A stretch of 64,000 nt of DNA from Clostridia bacterium. GTDB taxonomy: Bacteria > Bacillota > Clostridia > Oscillospirales > CAG-272. The stretch spans positions 5,558 to 69,557 of the forward strand of contig JAFTIH010000037.1 in the NCBI GenBank assembly GCA_017456985.1, read 5' to 3'. The notes under the pieces were generated by a model that ran no database searches, was not told where the DNA came from, and worked only from the letters and a program-made list of their open reading frames with translations. A program made the translations under genes and the position numbers. This document shows, in pieces, positions 44,733 to 55,306 of the stretch (position 1 is its first letter; every line of letters begins with the position of its first letter).

Positions 44733-44981
44733 TTAGTTGGAAACGTAGGGAAGCAGAGCCATGTAACGAGCGCGCTTGATAGCGGTCGTCAGCTCACGCT
44801 GGTGCTGAGCGCAGGTGCCGGATACGCGGCGGGGAAGGATCTTTGCACGCTCGGAGATGAACTTGCGGAGCTTTGCAACGTCCTTGTAATCGATGCACTC
44901 TACCTTGTCTGCACAGAAGATGCAAACCTTCTTACGCTTCTGATGGGGACGAAAAGAACGCTGGGTATCGTTTCTATCCAT
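44733..44981 (-). CDS. rpsR: 30S ribosomal protein S18
   Basis: [56 protein letters not shown]. Confidence 0.96.
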   Translation of the reverse strand: MDRNDTQRSFRPHQKRKKVCIFCADKVECIDYKDVAKLRKFISERAKILPRRVSGTCAQHQRELTTAIKRARYMALLPYVSN

Positions 44982-45061
44982 TTTTCTTTTCTCCTTAATT
45001 TTTTCTTGATCACCTGATGAATTCACTCGCTCTCGGTGAAGGAGCAAGCGTGCCTTCTCTT

Positions 45062-45508
45062 TTAGAAGGGAAGGCTGTTGTCGTCAACCTCTTCAAACTC
45101 GGGAGCGCTGCCTGCCGAAGCAGAGTGGCTTCCGTATGCGTCAGGGGTGTACGAGGGAGCGCCGTCACCCGAGGAATTCTTGTTCTCGACGAAGGTGATC
45201 TCGTCTGCAACGACCTCGGTGATATACCGCTTGTTGCCCTGTGCATCGGTCCAGCTTCTGTTTTGAAGCTGTCCGCAAACGAGAAGGGGACGACCCTTCT
45301 TGAAATACTTGGCAACGAATTCGGCACGCTCACGCCATGCAACAACGCTGATGAAATCTGCGGTGGGCTGTCCCTGGTCGGCGTTACGGGAGAAACGGCG
45401 GTTGATTGCCAGCGTAAAGCTGCAAACCGACGTGCCCTGAGCCGTTTGCTTAAGCTCGGGATCTGCCGTGAGGTTGCCGATCAAAATTACCTTGTTGAAG
45501 CTTGCCAT
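45062..45508 (-). CDS. ssb: Single-stranded DNA-binding protein
   Basis: [21 protein letters not shown] fold and an acidic C-terminal tip DDNSLPF. Confidence 0.96.
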   Translation of the reverse strand: MASFNKVILIGNLTADPELKQTAQGTSVCSFTLAINRRFSRNADQGQPTADFISVVAWRERAEFVAKYFKKGRPLLVCGQLQNRSWTDAQGNKRYITEVVADEITFVENKNSSGDGAPSYTPDAYGSHSASAGSAPEFEEVDDNSLPF

Positions 45509-45550
45509 AATTTGTCCTTGCCTTTCTGAAGTTTAGTCGTAAGCGTTCGC

Positions 45551-45910
45551 TTACTCAGCGTCGGTAGCTTCTTCGACAGGCGCCGCAGCGGGTGCCTCGG
45601 TGGAAGCTTCCGGTGCCTTCTCGAGACGCGTCGTCATAGAGCGCAGGATCGCATCGTTGATGCCAAGCAGACGCTCAAGCTCGAGAGGGAAATCGGGCGT
45701 GCTCTCGAATGCAGCGAGCACGTAGTAGCCTTCGCTTACCTTGTTGATCGGATAAGCAAGTCTACGCTTGCCCCATGCGTTCACAGAGATCAGCGTGCCG
45801 TTGGCAGCGATCAGCGAGGTGAACTTCTCTTCAACAGCCTTGGCATCCTCTTCGGAAAGCGCACCGCTGATGACGAACAGGTTTTCGTAGAAGCAAGTTT
45901 TCTTTTCCAT
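45551..45910 (-). CDS. rpsF: 30S ribosomal protein S6
   Basis: YENLFVISGALSEED...WGKRRLAYPI...GYYVL. Confidence 0.93.
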   Translation of the reverse strand: MEKKTCFYENLFVISGALSEEDAKAVEEKFTSLIAANGTLISVNAWGKRRLAYPINKVSEGYYVLAAFESTPDFPLELERLLGINDAILRSMTTRLEKAPEASTEAPAAAPVEEATDAE

Positions 45911-45988
45911 CGTTTTTATACCTCCTTATGGACTTTTGGCTACTTGCGTAGCAAGGAGATGGATCAAAGTGATCCAAATCACCAAAGT

Positions 45989-46017
45989 ATTATATCATCT
46001 TTTTTTTCTTTTGTCAA
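45989..46017 (-). promoter_or_regulatory. Sigma-A promoter for rpsF-ssb-rpsR, followed by a structured leader
   Basis: On the minus strand: TTGACA (46017-46012), 17 nt spacer, TATAAT (45994-45989). The leader contains TGGATC/GATCCA and GCTAC-gcaa-GTAGC hairpins. Confidence 0.6.
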
Positions 46018-46055
46018 GTAGGAGAAGCGGGAATTTTGCGTTTTTTGTAAAAAGT

Positions 46056-47321
46056 TTATTCTTCCTCATCCTCATCCTTGTCCTCGCGGATGGCGGCTTC
46101 TGCCTCTCTGCGGACCGCCTCTTCAGCCGTCTTCATATCGTTAAGATCAAAGTCCTCGTATGCCTGTGCGGAAACGGGGAGCTTTTTCTTGGCAAGGCGG
46201 TGAATGATAAAGCGGCGAGTCTCCGCAGCGATCGTCGCGTACAGCGGTACGGCAACGAAAGCACCGATCACACCGAACAGCGACATACAAAGCAGCACGA
46301 GCACCGCGGTCAGCGCAAAGGGAGGGCGGAGCTTGCTCGGAAGCAGATGCGGCAGCACCAAATTGGTGCAAAGGATCTCAAGCGTCAGAACGACTGCTGC
46401 GAAAACAAAGCCTTTCCATCCTGCGGAGAGCAAGAACACCAGAATGATCGCAAGCGTCGTGCCCACGATGGGACCGATAACGGGGATAAGGTGTGACAGA
46501 AGCACCAAAAGCACCACCACGGAACGCAGACGCACACCGAGGAGCGAGCAGATGAGGAAGGTGATGACCGAGAAGAAGAGCGTTACGACCAAACGGTTGA
46601 ACGCAAACGCACAAAAGTCCGTGTAAAGGCGCTTGAAGAACATCACGAAGCCCGTCGTACGCTCCTTGGGAATAAAGGCAACGACAAGCTTGCCAATGAC
46701 GCTCGAAAGCACGCGGCGGGACGCTAACAGATAAATGGAAAGGATCAAGCCGAGAAAAATATTGGATGCCTGCGAAAATACGATCGAAAGGAGCGTTCCT
46801 GCCGAAGCGATCGCGCTGCCGAGCGCCGAGGAGAAAAATCCGCCCTCGCCCTCGCCGAAGAAAAAGTCCATCACGGAGTCGTAAAGGTCGGCGAGCATCG
46901 CGTTTTGCGCACGGTTTGCCTCCACGAATGCGTCGAGTCGGTCCTTTTGCACGGCAAGAAAGCTCGTGAGTGCGTTGATGTCGTCGATGAGAAGCGGAAC
47001 GATCACGATCACGATCAGTGCCGCGATGCCCAGCGCCAGAACGTACGTAACGCCAATGGCGAAGCCCGAGGCAAGGTGCGGATGCGGCTTCTTTTTTGAG
47101 AACAGCTTGTCAAACAAGGGCTCGAGCCGTTTTACGGCAGGGAGCAGAAGAAAGGCGAAAAGGATCGCGTAAAGAATAGAGCCAATCGCGGAAAGAAAGG
47201 AGCCGAACGCCTCGGTGATCGCACCCAGATTGATGCAAAAGAGCAAAAACACGATCGAAACGGCAAGCACGGCAAGCGCATAGACCGCAATGGTGAAATA
47301 TTTGGTATTGAGCTTTTTCAT
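46056..47321 (-). CDS. AI-2E family transporter (PerM/UPF0118)
   Basis: Eight or so TM segments and a conserved C-terminal core (HLIPVIGPIVG...). Acidic tail. Confidence 0.85.
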   Translation of the reverse strand: MKKLNTKYFTIAVYALAVLAVSIVFLLFCINLGAITEAFGSFLSAIGSILYAILFAFLLLPAVKRLEPLFDKLFSKKKPHPHLASGFAIGVTYVLALGIAALIVIVIVPLLIDDINALTSFLAVQKDRLDAFVEANRAQNAMLADLYDSVMDFFFGEGEGGFFSSALGSAIASAGTLLSIVFSQASNIFLGLILSIYLLASRRVLSSVIGKLVVAFIPKERTTGFVMFFKRLYTDFCAFAFNRLVVTLFFSVITFLICSLLGVRLRSVVVLLVLLSHLIPVIGPIVGTTLAIILVFLLSAGWKGFVFAAVVLTLEILCTNLVLPHLLPSKLRPPFALTAVLVLLCMSLFGVIGAFVAVPLYATIAAETRRFIIHRLAKKKLPVSAQAYEDFDLNDMKTAEEAVRREAEAAIREDKDEDEEE

Positions 47322-47333
47322 CCTGCCGCCTCC

Positions 47334-48623
47334 TTACTTTTTACTTGCGTCGTCGCCGTCCTTGTCGTGGACGCCGAAGAAGAAATGATGCTTAAAGGCG
47401 CGCTTTCTCGGCGGCGCCGTGGTTGCGAAAAGATCGGAATAATATTCGGTATCCTGCGTCATATCCTTTTTTGCAAGACGGTGGTTGGTCGCGTCCCGCA
47501 AAAGCATATAAACGATGCTGAAGATGGGAACGGATAAAAACATACCGATCACGCCGAACAGTCCGCCGAAGAGCGCTACGGCGATCATGATCCAAACGGG
47601 ACGCAGACCGATAATGGAGCCGATCACGCGGGGGAAGACAATGTTACCGTCGATCTGCTCTACCGCGAGCACGATGATGATAAAGACGATGAGCATCCAC
47701 AGATGCGTATCGCTGCCGGGACGCATAATTTCCGTGAGAATAAGGATGCCGCTCGGAATACCGCCGAGAATGGCACCGATGATGGGAATAAAGTTCGTCA
47801 CGGTCATAATGATCGTGATCAAGAAGGGGTAAGGACAGCCAATGATCGGCAAAACGATCAGATAAAGAAGCCCGATGATCAGACACTCCACGATCTTACC
47901 CACCAAATATTTACCGACCACGCCGTCGGAGTATTTGGTCACACGGCTGACGTAGTTGACTGCACGGTGGGGGAAAAGCGCAACGAAAATACGGCGTACG
48001 CGTGCCGAAAGCGCTGTGCGGTGAAAGAGAATACCTGTCGAAAGGCAAAGCCCCACGATCATTTCGAACACCGTAACCGCGAAGCCTGCGCCAAAATCGG
48101 CGACGTAGGAAAGAATGGTGTCGCGAGAGCTTATGATGAAGTCCGTAACGTCGGTGCTCGTGAAGGTGAAGCCGAAAATAGCACCGATCTCGTTGATCAG
48201 ATCGATCGAGCTCGTTGCAAGATGCAAAAGGTTTCGTCCGAGCTGTGCGCTGTCGCCCACGAGCAAGGGAACGAGGAAAAACACGAAGCAGAACAAAAAG
48301 ACAGCCACGCAAAGGAAGGAGGCGAGGATCGCGGTACCCTTTGCCAGGGCGATGGCTCTTTGCGCCGTATTCTCCGTTTCCCGTCGCTCTACCTTGAAGA
48401 GCTTCCAAAAGAGCTTTTCAAAGCGCTTAACGAGAGGGCGAAGCAGATACGCAAAAACAAAACCGTACACCAGCGGCGAGAAGGAAGAAAACAGATCGCC
48501 AAACCAAGCGCCGACGCTTGCGGCATTGAATAGAGAAACCGCAAGGAGGATGACGAGGGCAATGGTGCAAGCCGTATAAACGGCGATTGTCGTATATTGC
48601 TTTTTCGGCTTGAAGGGAAGCAT
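47334..48623 (-). CDS. AI-2E family transporter (PerM/UPF0118), paralog
   Basis: Same architecture (TNFIPIIGAILGGIP). Start at 48623 (MLPFKPKK) with AAAGGAG RBS. Confidence 0.85.
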   Translation of the reverse strand: MLPFKPKKQYTTIAVYTACTIALVILLAVSLFNAASVGAWFGDLFSSFSPLVYGFVFAYLLRPLVKRFEKLFWKLFKVERRETENTAQRAIALAKGTAILASFLCVAVFLFCFVFFLVPLLVGDSAQLGRNLLHLATSSIDLINEIGAIFGFTFTSTDVTDFIISSRDTILSYVADFGAGFAVTVFEMIVGLCLSTGILFHRTALSARVRRIFVALFPHRAVNYVSRVTKYSDGVVGKYLVGKIVECLIIGLLYLIVLPIIGCPYPFLITIIMTVTNFIPIIGAILGGIPSGILILTEIMRPGSDTHLWMLIVFIIIVLAVEQIDGNIVFPRVIGSIIGLRPVWIMIAVALFGGLFGVIGMFLSVPIFSIVYMLLRDATNHRLAKKDMTQDTEYYSDLFATTAPPRKRAFKHHFFFGVHDKDGDDASKK

Positions 48624-48825
48624 AGGCACTCCTTTCTTTTGACTTTTCGTAATTTTTATGATAGGAAGCAATAAAAAGCGATTTTATTCTATTTTACAAC
48701 ACTTTTATGAAAAAAGCAAGAGGGGAAGGTGAAAAGTCGATGAAAAGAGAAACTTTTTTCTCGACAAACCTTGCATTTTTTTGCGCGTTGCGGTACAATA
48801 ATAAAAAAGACTCACGGAGGGCGGT

Positions 48826-49689
48826 ATGGAACGCATCGAACAGGCTTACGCCAAGCTCAATCTCTTTCTCGACGTAACGGGAAAACGGGCGGACGGCTAC
48901 CACGAGATCAAAAGCGTGATGCACAGCGTCACCCTCGCAGACACCGTTACGGTGCGCGCGACGGCGGCGGACTTTAGCTGTATCACCTTGAAAATGGAAA
49001 ACAGCAGCATCCCCGCAGACGAAAGAAATCTTGCCTATCTCGCGGCAGAAGCCTTCCTTGAAAAAACGGGAATCACGGCAAACGTCGCCATCGTCGTCGA
49101 AAAGCAGATTCCCGCCGCCGCAGGACTTGGCGGCGGAAGCGCAGACGCCGCCGCCGTTTTGCGTGCACTCAACGCCATCTTTGATCATCCCTTATCGACC
49201 GAGGCACTCTGTGCGCTGGGCGCTACGCTCGGCTCGGACGTCCCCTTCTGCGTTCTCGGCGGCACGATGCTGTGCGAGGGACGCGGAGAAGTGTGTACCC
49301 CTTACAGCTATCCCGAGGGCTACTTCGTCATCGCCGTTCCCGAGGATGAAAAAATGAAGACCCCCGAGGCGTACGCCCTGCTTGACGAGGCGTTCGAGAA
49401 CTTTGAGGAGCCGCAGACCGCGCTGCACGAAATGCTCTTTTCCTTCTTTGAGGAGGACCCCTATTACAGTATGTATAACGTCTTTGAGGGCATCGTTTTA
49501 CCCCGCTCGCACGCCGCCACCATCCTGCGCACCCGCCTGCTTGACGCCAAGGCGAAAAACGCGATGATGTCGGGAAGCGGCACCGCCGTCTTCGGCGTGT
49601 TCGATACGGAAGACGAGGCGAAGGCGGCAGCCGCCAAGATCAAGGGTGCTATCGTTTGTGCCTCTGCCCCCGCTTCCCTGACGCTTTGA
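48826..49689 (+). CDS. ispE: 4-diphosphocytidyl-2-C-methyl-D-erythritol kinase
   Basis: AYAKLNLFLDVTGKRADGYHEI and the GHMP motif PAAAGLGGGSADAAA. TTGCAT-17-TACAAT promoter around 48770-48800. Confidence 0.92.
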   Translation: MERIEQAYAKLNLFLDVTGKRADGYHEIKSVMHSVTLADTVTVRATAADFSCITLKMENSSIPADERNLAYLAAEAFLEKTGITANVAIVVEKQIPAAAGLGGGSADAAAVLRALNAIFDHPLSTEALCALGATLGSDVPFCVLGGTMLCEGRGEVCTPYSYPEGYFVIAVPEDEKMKTPEAYALLDEAFENFEEPQTALHEMLFSFFEEDPYYSMYNVFEGIVLPRSHAATILRTRLLDAKAKNAMMSGSGTAVFGVFDTEDEAKAAAAKIKGAIVCASAPASLTL

Positions 49690-49701
49690 AATGACATTTT
49701 G

Positions 49702-49767
49702 AAAAAAAGCACCCGACCTAGCGTGATGCTCCAAGCGGAGCATTCACGCTAGGTCGGGTGCTTTTTT
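49702..49767. terminator. Long bidirectional terminator
   Basis: AAAAAAAGCACCCGACCTAGCGTGA...TCACGCTAGGTCGGGTGCTTTTTT, with an inner TGCTCC-aagc-GGAGCA hairpin. Confidence 0.8.
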
Positions 49768-49785
49768 ATCGTTCCATTAAGAGGA

Positions 49786-50220
49786 TTAAGGGATCCACTT
49801 GTTCGTTTCAAAGTTGAAACGACGACTGACCTTTAAAGAACCGCTTCCGTACGTTGCAATGAAATACGATACGCCATTCTCGTCCTTGTTTGCCGGGTTG
49901 CCGTGATTTTCGGAAGAAAACTGACAAAGCACCCAGCAAGGCGTAATGTAATCAAGCTCGCCATTTCGGTACGAGATCAGCTTGCTCTTTATCTGCTCTC
50001 CGGGTGCAAGGGTAAACGGATCTGTTTCAACGTACATAACAATCTCGTCGCCATCCTCGTCTGTCTCACGCCAAAGCTCATATGGTCCTTCATCGTCAGC
50101 CCCTGCTTCGTTTGCATCTCCGTTGTCGCCCTTCGTCCAATCTTTAAAGCAGGACGAAAGACAGAGAGGTAGGGAAAAGAGCATCGCGACAACGATCAAA
50201 AAACAAATTGGTTTTTTCAT
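49786..50220 (-). CDS. Hypothetical lipoprotein
   Basis: MKKPICFLIVVAMLFSLPLCLSSC lipobox. GGAG RBS. Confidence 0.5.
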   Translation of the reverse strand: MKKPICFLIVVAMLFSLPLCLSSCFKDWTKGDNGDANEAGADDEGPYELWRETDEDGDEIVMYVETDPFTLAPGEQIKSKLISYRNGELDYITPCWVLCQFSSENHGNPANKDENGVSYFIATYGSGSLKVSRRFNFETNKWIP

Positions 50221-50236
50221 TTAGAAACTCCCTTCA

Positions 50237-50905
50237 TTATTCTGCCGCCTTTGCGGAAAGCCGTTTCGCGCCAAAGCAGCCTACGTAATACGCAAAGCCG
50301 CCCGCAAGCAGGATCCATAAAACAAAGTAGCAAAAATCGAACACGTCAGCCCCCGTCAGGACCCAAAGACGATCCTTTGCGTAGGACAGGAAATCCACGA
50401 TCTCCGTCACGAGGTAATAGATCGACAGCGACGCCGCCCCCAGCGCTACCGTGCGCGCGACGGGATTTTTTAAGGAATACGCGGACGCGTCGCCCTCCCT
50501 TTGCAGGAAAAGCGCGTACCCGCCGCCAAGGCACCCGAGCACGATCAGCCCGACCACGAGCGCGGTGAGCATATAGATCAAAAGCGTAAGGGCGTAAGGC
50601 GCCGAAAAGGAAACGTCATACGCGATGAGCGAAAGCGGGACGGAAAACAGTAGCTCCACCCCCGTATAGATCCCAACGAAAACGAGCCCGTGAGAAAAGC
50701 GTTCCTCGCGCGCCACATTCGCCGCGACCCCGAGCGTGAAGAAGGGCGCGCTTACCGCAAGCAGGCGGGAGATGGGTTTGACAGCGTAGACGGAGAGCGG
50801 CACGGCATCCGAAAGAAAACTGAAAAGGGGGGTAAGCAGACACGCGAGCACCGCAAGAGAAAACAGCACGAGCGTAAAGACGAAAAACTTTTTTTGCTCC
50901 TTCAT
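50237..50905 (-). CDS. Hypothetical integral membrane protein
   Basis: Six or so TM segments. Start at MKEQKK (50905) with GAGG RBS. Confidence 0.45.
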   Translation of the reverse strand: MKEQKKFFVFTLVLFSLAVLACLLTPLFSFLSDAVPLSVYAVKPISRLLAVSAPFFTLGVAANVAREERFSHGLVFVGIYTGVELLFSVPLSLIAYDVSFSAPYALTLLIYMLTALVVGLIVLGCLGGGYALFLQREGDASAYSLKNPVARTVALGAASLSIYYLVTEIVDFLSYAKDRLWVLTGADVFDFCYFVLWILLAGGFAYYVGCFGAKRLSAKAAE

Positions 50906-51094
50906 AAGAACCTCGAAAAAACGTTTGTATTGCCATTTTATCACATTTTATGAAAAAAAGAAAGCCCCAAATACAAAAATGTGACGAGTTTTTAAAAAGA
51001 TGTCTGCTTTTCTCTTGACAAACGGATGCGTGTGACGCTATAACAGGCATAGTGAGTATTGCCGCCGTGCTATAAAACACAAATGGAGAATGAT

Positions 51095-52183
51095 ATGAAA
51101 GTAGAACGTCTGGGAGACGCGCGCGTCATTATGAAAAATGAGGGAAGCCGCCATAATTATTTCGGGTGGTCTACCGTTACTCGCCTGCAAAACGGCAAGA
51201 TCGCTGCCGTCGCGTCGGGCTATCGCCTCGGACATGTCTGTCCCTTTGGAAAAGCCGTCATCTCGTATAGCGAGGACGAGGGCGAAAGCTTTACCGTCCC
51301 CGCGCCCGTGATTGATACGGTGCTTGATGACCGTGACGCCGGTATCCTTGCCTTTGGTGACAAGAGCGTTATGGTCACGTCCTTTAACAACACGCGCACT
51401 TTTCAGCGCAACTATAACAACACCTACGTGAGAAGTCCTTACGTTGAAGGGTATTTGAACGGCATCACGGATGAGGAGGAGGTGGCAGTTCTCGGCTCCA
51501 CCTTCCGCATCAGCAATGACTGCGGCGTCACCTTCGGTGAGGTGAAGCGCTGTCCTGTTTCCTCGCCTCACGGCCCTTGCGTGCTTTCGGACGGGACCGT
51601 GCTTTGGGTGGGATGGCTTTGTACAGGTGACTATCGCGAGCCTGAGGACGAGCCGTTTTTGCAGGCATACCGTGTAAATCCCGATGGTACTTGCGAATAC
51701 GTCGGCTCGATCGAGAGTGTTCCCACTTTGCGCTCGGAAGAACCCTACGCCGTCGAAGCGGCGGACGGCACCGTCATCTGCCATATCCGCGTGCAAGGCG
51801 GCGGCGGACTGACCGACGGACGCAAGTTCACTCTTTATCAGACTGAGTCCCACGATCAAGGAAAAACCTGGACAAAGCCCCATCAGATCCTTTCGGATTT
51901 CGGTGGCGCACCTGCGCACATTTTGCGCCTTGCGGACGGTACGCTCATCAGTAGCTACGGCTACCGTGAGGCACCGTATGCCATCCGTGTGATGTTCAGC
52001 AAGGATAACGGAAAAACGTGGGATACCGACCACGAGATCTACGTCAACGGCGTGCACGCCGACCTTGGGTATCCTTCTACCGTGCAACTCAAAAACGGAG
52101 ATTTTCTTACCGTCTTTTACGCCCACGAAAAGCCCGATGCCCCCGCCGTGATTTTGGCACAGAAGTGGCGCATCGCCGAATAA
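51095..52183 (+). CDS. BNR/Asp-box repeat beta-propeller protein (sialidase-like), no signal peptide
   Basis: Asp-box motifs SEDEGESF, SNDCGVTF, SHDQGKTW and SKDNGKTW. Start could be 51083 or 51095. Confidence 0.72.
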   Translation: MKVERLGDARVIMKNEGSRHNYFGWSTVTRLQNGKIAAVASGYRLGHVCPFGKAVISYSEDEGESFTVPAPVIDTVLDDRDAGILAFGDKSVMVTSFNNTRTFQRNYNNTYVRSPYVEGYLNGITDEEEVAVLGSTFRISNDCGVTFGEVKRCPVSSPHGPCVLSDGTVLWVGWLCTGDYREPEDEPFLQAYRVNPDGTCEYVGSIESVPTLRSEEPYAVEAADGTVICHIRVQGGGGLTDGRKFTLYQTESHDQGKTWTKPHQILSDFGGAPAHILRLADGTLISSYGYREAPYAIRVMFSKDNGKTWDTDHEIYVNGVHADLGYPSTVQLKNGDFLTVFYAHEKPDAPAVILAQKWRIAE

Positions 52184-52265
52184 AATGCTCAAAGAGCAGC
52201 CGCGCACGGTTGCTCTTTTTTCGTTTTTATCGCATATAATGGTGCAAAAACGAAAGGAGAAGGGT

Positions 52266-52544
52266 ATGGGTTGCTGTAACAGCGAGGATTTTCGCGAAAA
52301 GGAGGTCGTCAGCGTGTGCGACGGCAAGAAGCTCGGGTGCGTCGCGGAGGTGGAGTTTGACGTCTGCGACGGGCGCCTGACCGCCATCGTCGTGCCGCTG
52401 GAAAGCGGGTTTCTCGGACTTGGCGCCAAGGAGCGCCTTGTGATCCCCTGGGATAAGATCGTGCGCATCGGTGAGGACGTCATTTTGGTCAACACCGAGG
52501 GGCTTTGCCCCGTCTCGCGCAAGAAAAAAGAGAGAAAAATGTAA
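52266..52544 (+). CDS. ylmC: YlmC/YmxH family sporulation protein (PRC-barrel)
   Basis: FREKEVVSVCDGKKLGCV.EVEFDVCDGRLTAIVVP...LVIPWDKIVRIGEDVILV. AAAGGAGAAGGG RBS. Confidence 0.8.
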   Translation: MGCCNSEDFREKEVVSVCDGKKLGCVAEVEFDVCDGRLTAIVVPLESGFLGLGAKERLVIPWDKIVRIGEDVILVNTEGLCPVSRKKKERKM

Positions 52545-52726
52545 ATTTTTTAAAAACAAGGAAAAAGAGGGTTGCATTTTAATAAAAAATGTGTTATAGT
52601 AGTTCCATCTGCGCGAAAACGCGGAAATACAAAACTCACGTAACGTCGGAATCCGCTGGTGCCGCGAAAAAAGCGGTTGCGGAGAGGCAAGGCGTTACGG
52701 CGGAAAAACCAAGGAGGAACAGTAAA

Positions 52727-53458
52727 ATGTTCGAAATCTCGATCAAGCAGTTGCTTGAAGCAGGTGTCCATTTCGGTCACCCCACCAAGAAGTGGAACCC
52801 CAAGATGGCGGAGTACATCTTCACCATGAGAAACGGTATCCACATCATCGACCTGCAGAAGACCGTCAAGAAGTTTGAGGCAGCTTACAACTTCGTAAAC
52901 GGCGTCGCTCAGGAGGGCGGCACCATCCTCTTCATCGGTACCAAGAAGCAGGCAGCCGAGACTATGAAGGAAGAGGCTCAGAGATGCGGTATGTACTACG
53001 TCAACGTTCGTTGGCCCGGCGGTATGCTGACCAACTTCAAGACCATCCGCAAGAGCATCAACCGTCTGAACGAGCTCACCAGAATGCAGGAGGACGGCAC
53101 CTTCAATCTGCTTCCTAAGAAGGAAGTCGCAAAGAAGCTCAAGGAGATCGAAGACCTTGAGAAGAACTATGGCGGTATCAAGACGATGGAGACCCTTCCT
53201 TCCGCAGTGTTCGTTGTTGACACGCGCAAGGAGCACATCGCAGTGACCGAGGCGAAGAAGCTCGGCATTCCCGTTGTTGCGATCGTTGACACCAACTGCG
53301 ATCCCGATGATGCTGATTACATCATCCCCGGTAACGACGACGCGATCCGTGCCATCAAGCTCATCGGCGGCGCACTTGCTGACGCTGTCATCGAGGGCAA
53401 GGGTGGCGAGCAGCTGACCGACGCTACGGAGGCTCCCGCAGCAGAGGACGCTGAATAA
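52727..53458 (+). CDS. rpsB: 30S ribosomal protein S2
   Basis: [19 protein letters not shown]..., AAGGAGG RBS. TTGCAT-17-TATAGT promoter around 52571-52600. Confidence 0.97.
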   Translation: MFEISIKQLLEAGVHFGHPTKKWNPKMAEYIFTMRNGIHIIDLQKTVKKFEAAYNFVNGVAQEGGTILFIGTKKQAAETMKEEAQRCGMYYVNVRWPGGMLTNFKTIRKSINRLNELTRMQEDGTFNLLPKKEVAKKLKEIEDLEKNYGGIKTMETLPSAVFVVDTRKEHIAVTEAKKLGIPVVAIVDTNCDPDDADYIIPGNDDAIRAIKLIGGALADAVIEGKGGEQLTDATEAPAAEDAE

Positions 53459-53484
53459 TTCTAAAAAATAAGGAGAATAAAACA

Positions 53485-54408
53485 ATGGCATTTACCGCAA
53501 AAGACGTTGCCGAACTGAGAAAACAGACCGGTTGCGGCATGATGGATTGCAAGAACGCACTCGTCGAGGCTGACGGTGATTTCGACAAGGCGATCAAGGT
53601 TCTTCGTGAGAAGGGCGTTGCCGCTTCCGCAAAGAAGGCAAGCAGAATTGCTGCCGAGGGTCTTGTTGCGATCCTTACCATTGACGGCGTGACCGCAATG
53701 GCAGAGGTCAACTCCGAGACCGACTTCGTTGCAAAGAACGAAAGCTTCCGCGCTTTCGTTGACGGCATCCTCCGCACCATCATCGCAAACCGTCCCGCAG
53801 ACGTTGAGGCTCTGATGGCTTGCAAGTTTGACGGCACCGACGACACCGTTGAGGCTGCCTTCCAGGAAAAGACCTTCACCATCGGTGAGAAGCTGAGCAT
53901 GCGCCGCTTCCTCATCGTTGACGGCATCGTTTCCACCTATGTTCACGGCATCGGCGCTACGGGCGTTATCGTGAAGTTCGATACCGACGCTGCAATCGCT
54001 GCAAAGCCCGAGTTCGCTGAGTTCGCAAAGAACATCGCACTCCAGGTTGCCGCTATGAGCTGCCAGTACGTTGACAAGGATTCCGTTCCCGCATCCGTTA
54101 TCGCTGAGGAGAAGGAGATTATCCTCAAGCAGATGGAGCAGGATCCCAAGATGGCGAACAAGCCCGCAAAGGTGCTTGAGGGCATCGTGATGGGTAAGCT
54201 TGGCAAGTTCTACGAGGCAAACTGCCTTGTCGAGCAGGCTTACGTGAAGGAAGACAATATGAAGGTTGGCAAGTACGTTGCTGACACCGCTAAGGCACTT
54301 GGCGGCGACATCAAGGTCGTAGCATTCCACCGCTATGACAAGGGCGAGGGTCTGCAGAAGAGAGAAGAGAACTTCGCAGAAGAGATCGCCAAGATGGTTC
54401 AGGGCTAA
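53485..54408 (+). CDS. tsf: Translation elongation factor Ts
   Basis: AKDVAELRKQTGCGMMDCKNALVEADGDFDKAIKVLREKG (UBA-like N-terminus) plus the dimerisation core. Confidence 0.97.
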   Translation: MAFTAKDVAELRKQTGCGMMDCKNALVEADGDFDKAIKVLREKGVAASAKKASRIAAEGLVAILTIDGVTAMAEVNSETDFVAKNESFRAFVDGILRTIIANRPADVEALMACKFDGTDDTVEAAFQEKTFTIGEKLSMRRFLIVDGIVSTYVHGIGATGVIVKFDTDAAIAAKPEFAEFAKNIALQVAAMSCQYVDKDSVPASVIAEEKEIILKQMEQDPKMANKPAKVLEGIVMGKLGKFYEANCLVEQAYVKEDNMKVGKYVADTAKALGGDIKVVAFHRYDKGEGLQKREENFAEEIAKMVQG

Positions 54409-54417
54409 TTTTCAAAA

Positions 54418-54451
54418 AGAAAAGAGCGTTTCGAGAGAAACGCTCTTTTTT
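54418..54451. terminator. Terminator after tsf (bidirectional with araC-family gene)
   Basis: AAAGAGCGTTTC-gaga-GAAACGCTCTTTTTT. Confidence 0.8.
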
Positions 54452-54457
54452 ACTGTC

Positions 54458-55306
54458 CTACGTTTTTCCAAGCCTGAAATCCGAGGGTGATACGCCCGTT
54501 TCCTTTTTAAAGACCTTGGAAAAAAAGTGCGCATCGCGATAGCCGCAAAGCACCCCGATCTCCTTGACTGAGAGGTCGGTCGCCGTCAAAAGGTCCTTGG
54601 CGCTCGCCATACGGAGGCGCAAAATGTACTGCACGGGCGCAAACCCCGTCTGCGCCTTAAAAAGCGCGTGATAGCGCGAGGGACTCAGGCTCTCCATCGC
54701 CGCAAGCGACGGCACGGAGATCTCCTCCGCGTAATGCTCCGCAAGATACGCAAGAGAGGTGCGAAGTCCGCCCGCCGTCCCCTCGCTCGTCGCGCGCGCT
54801 GCCGTGATCAAAAGGCGGGAAAGGAGTGCCGAAAGTTCAAGGTCGCGGAAGGCGTCCGCCCGCGCATAGGCGTCAAGAATTCCTTCAAATCGGCGCAAAA
54901 TGCGCGCAGATGCCGCCGCGTGAAGCACCGTAGGGAAGAGTGAAAGCGACAGCTCGTCAAGCATCCTTTGTGCGTCGCGCCCCGTGAAGTGCGCCCAAAG
55001 ATAAGAAATGCTGTCCCCGCGTGCGTGCGCGTAGTGATACGGCGTTCGCGGCGGAATGATAACGAGATCTCCCGCGCGTGCAGATATTTCACGTTCGTCA
55101 AGAAAAAAGGAGAGCACCCCGTCAAGCAGGTACATAAAATAATAATCCGCGCGCCCCTCGCGGTTGTGGGTCGTGAAGGGAAGCGCCGTCGTAAAGGACC
55201 CCGCACAGTTGAGCACAAGAGCGTGGGCGTCCGACGCACGGCTCCCGTAATTATACCCGTCGTCGGTGTCCTCAAAAAAAGAATAAAAGCTACGGTTTTT
55301 TATCAT
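54458..55306 (-). CDS. AraC family transcriptional regulator (cupin sensor + HTH)
   Basis: N-terminal cupin-like region (GDLVIIPPRTPYHY) and a C-terminal double HTH (SPSRYHALFKAQTGFAPVQY...; GYRDAHFFSKVFKKETGVSP). Confidence 0.85.
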   Translation of the reverse strand: MIKNRSFYSFFEDTDDGYNYGSRASDAHALVLNCAGSFTTALPFTTHNREGRADYYFMYLLDGVLSFFLDEREISARAGDLVIIPPRTPYHYAHARGDSISYLWAHFTGRDAQRMLDELSLSLFPTVLHAAASARILRRFEGILDAYARADAFRDLELSALLSRLLITAARATSEGTAGGLRTSLAYLAEHYAEEISVPSLAAMESLSPSRYHALFKAQTGFAPVQYILRLRMASAKDLLTATDLSVKEIGVLCGYRDAHFFSKVFKKETGVSPSDFRLGKT

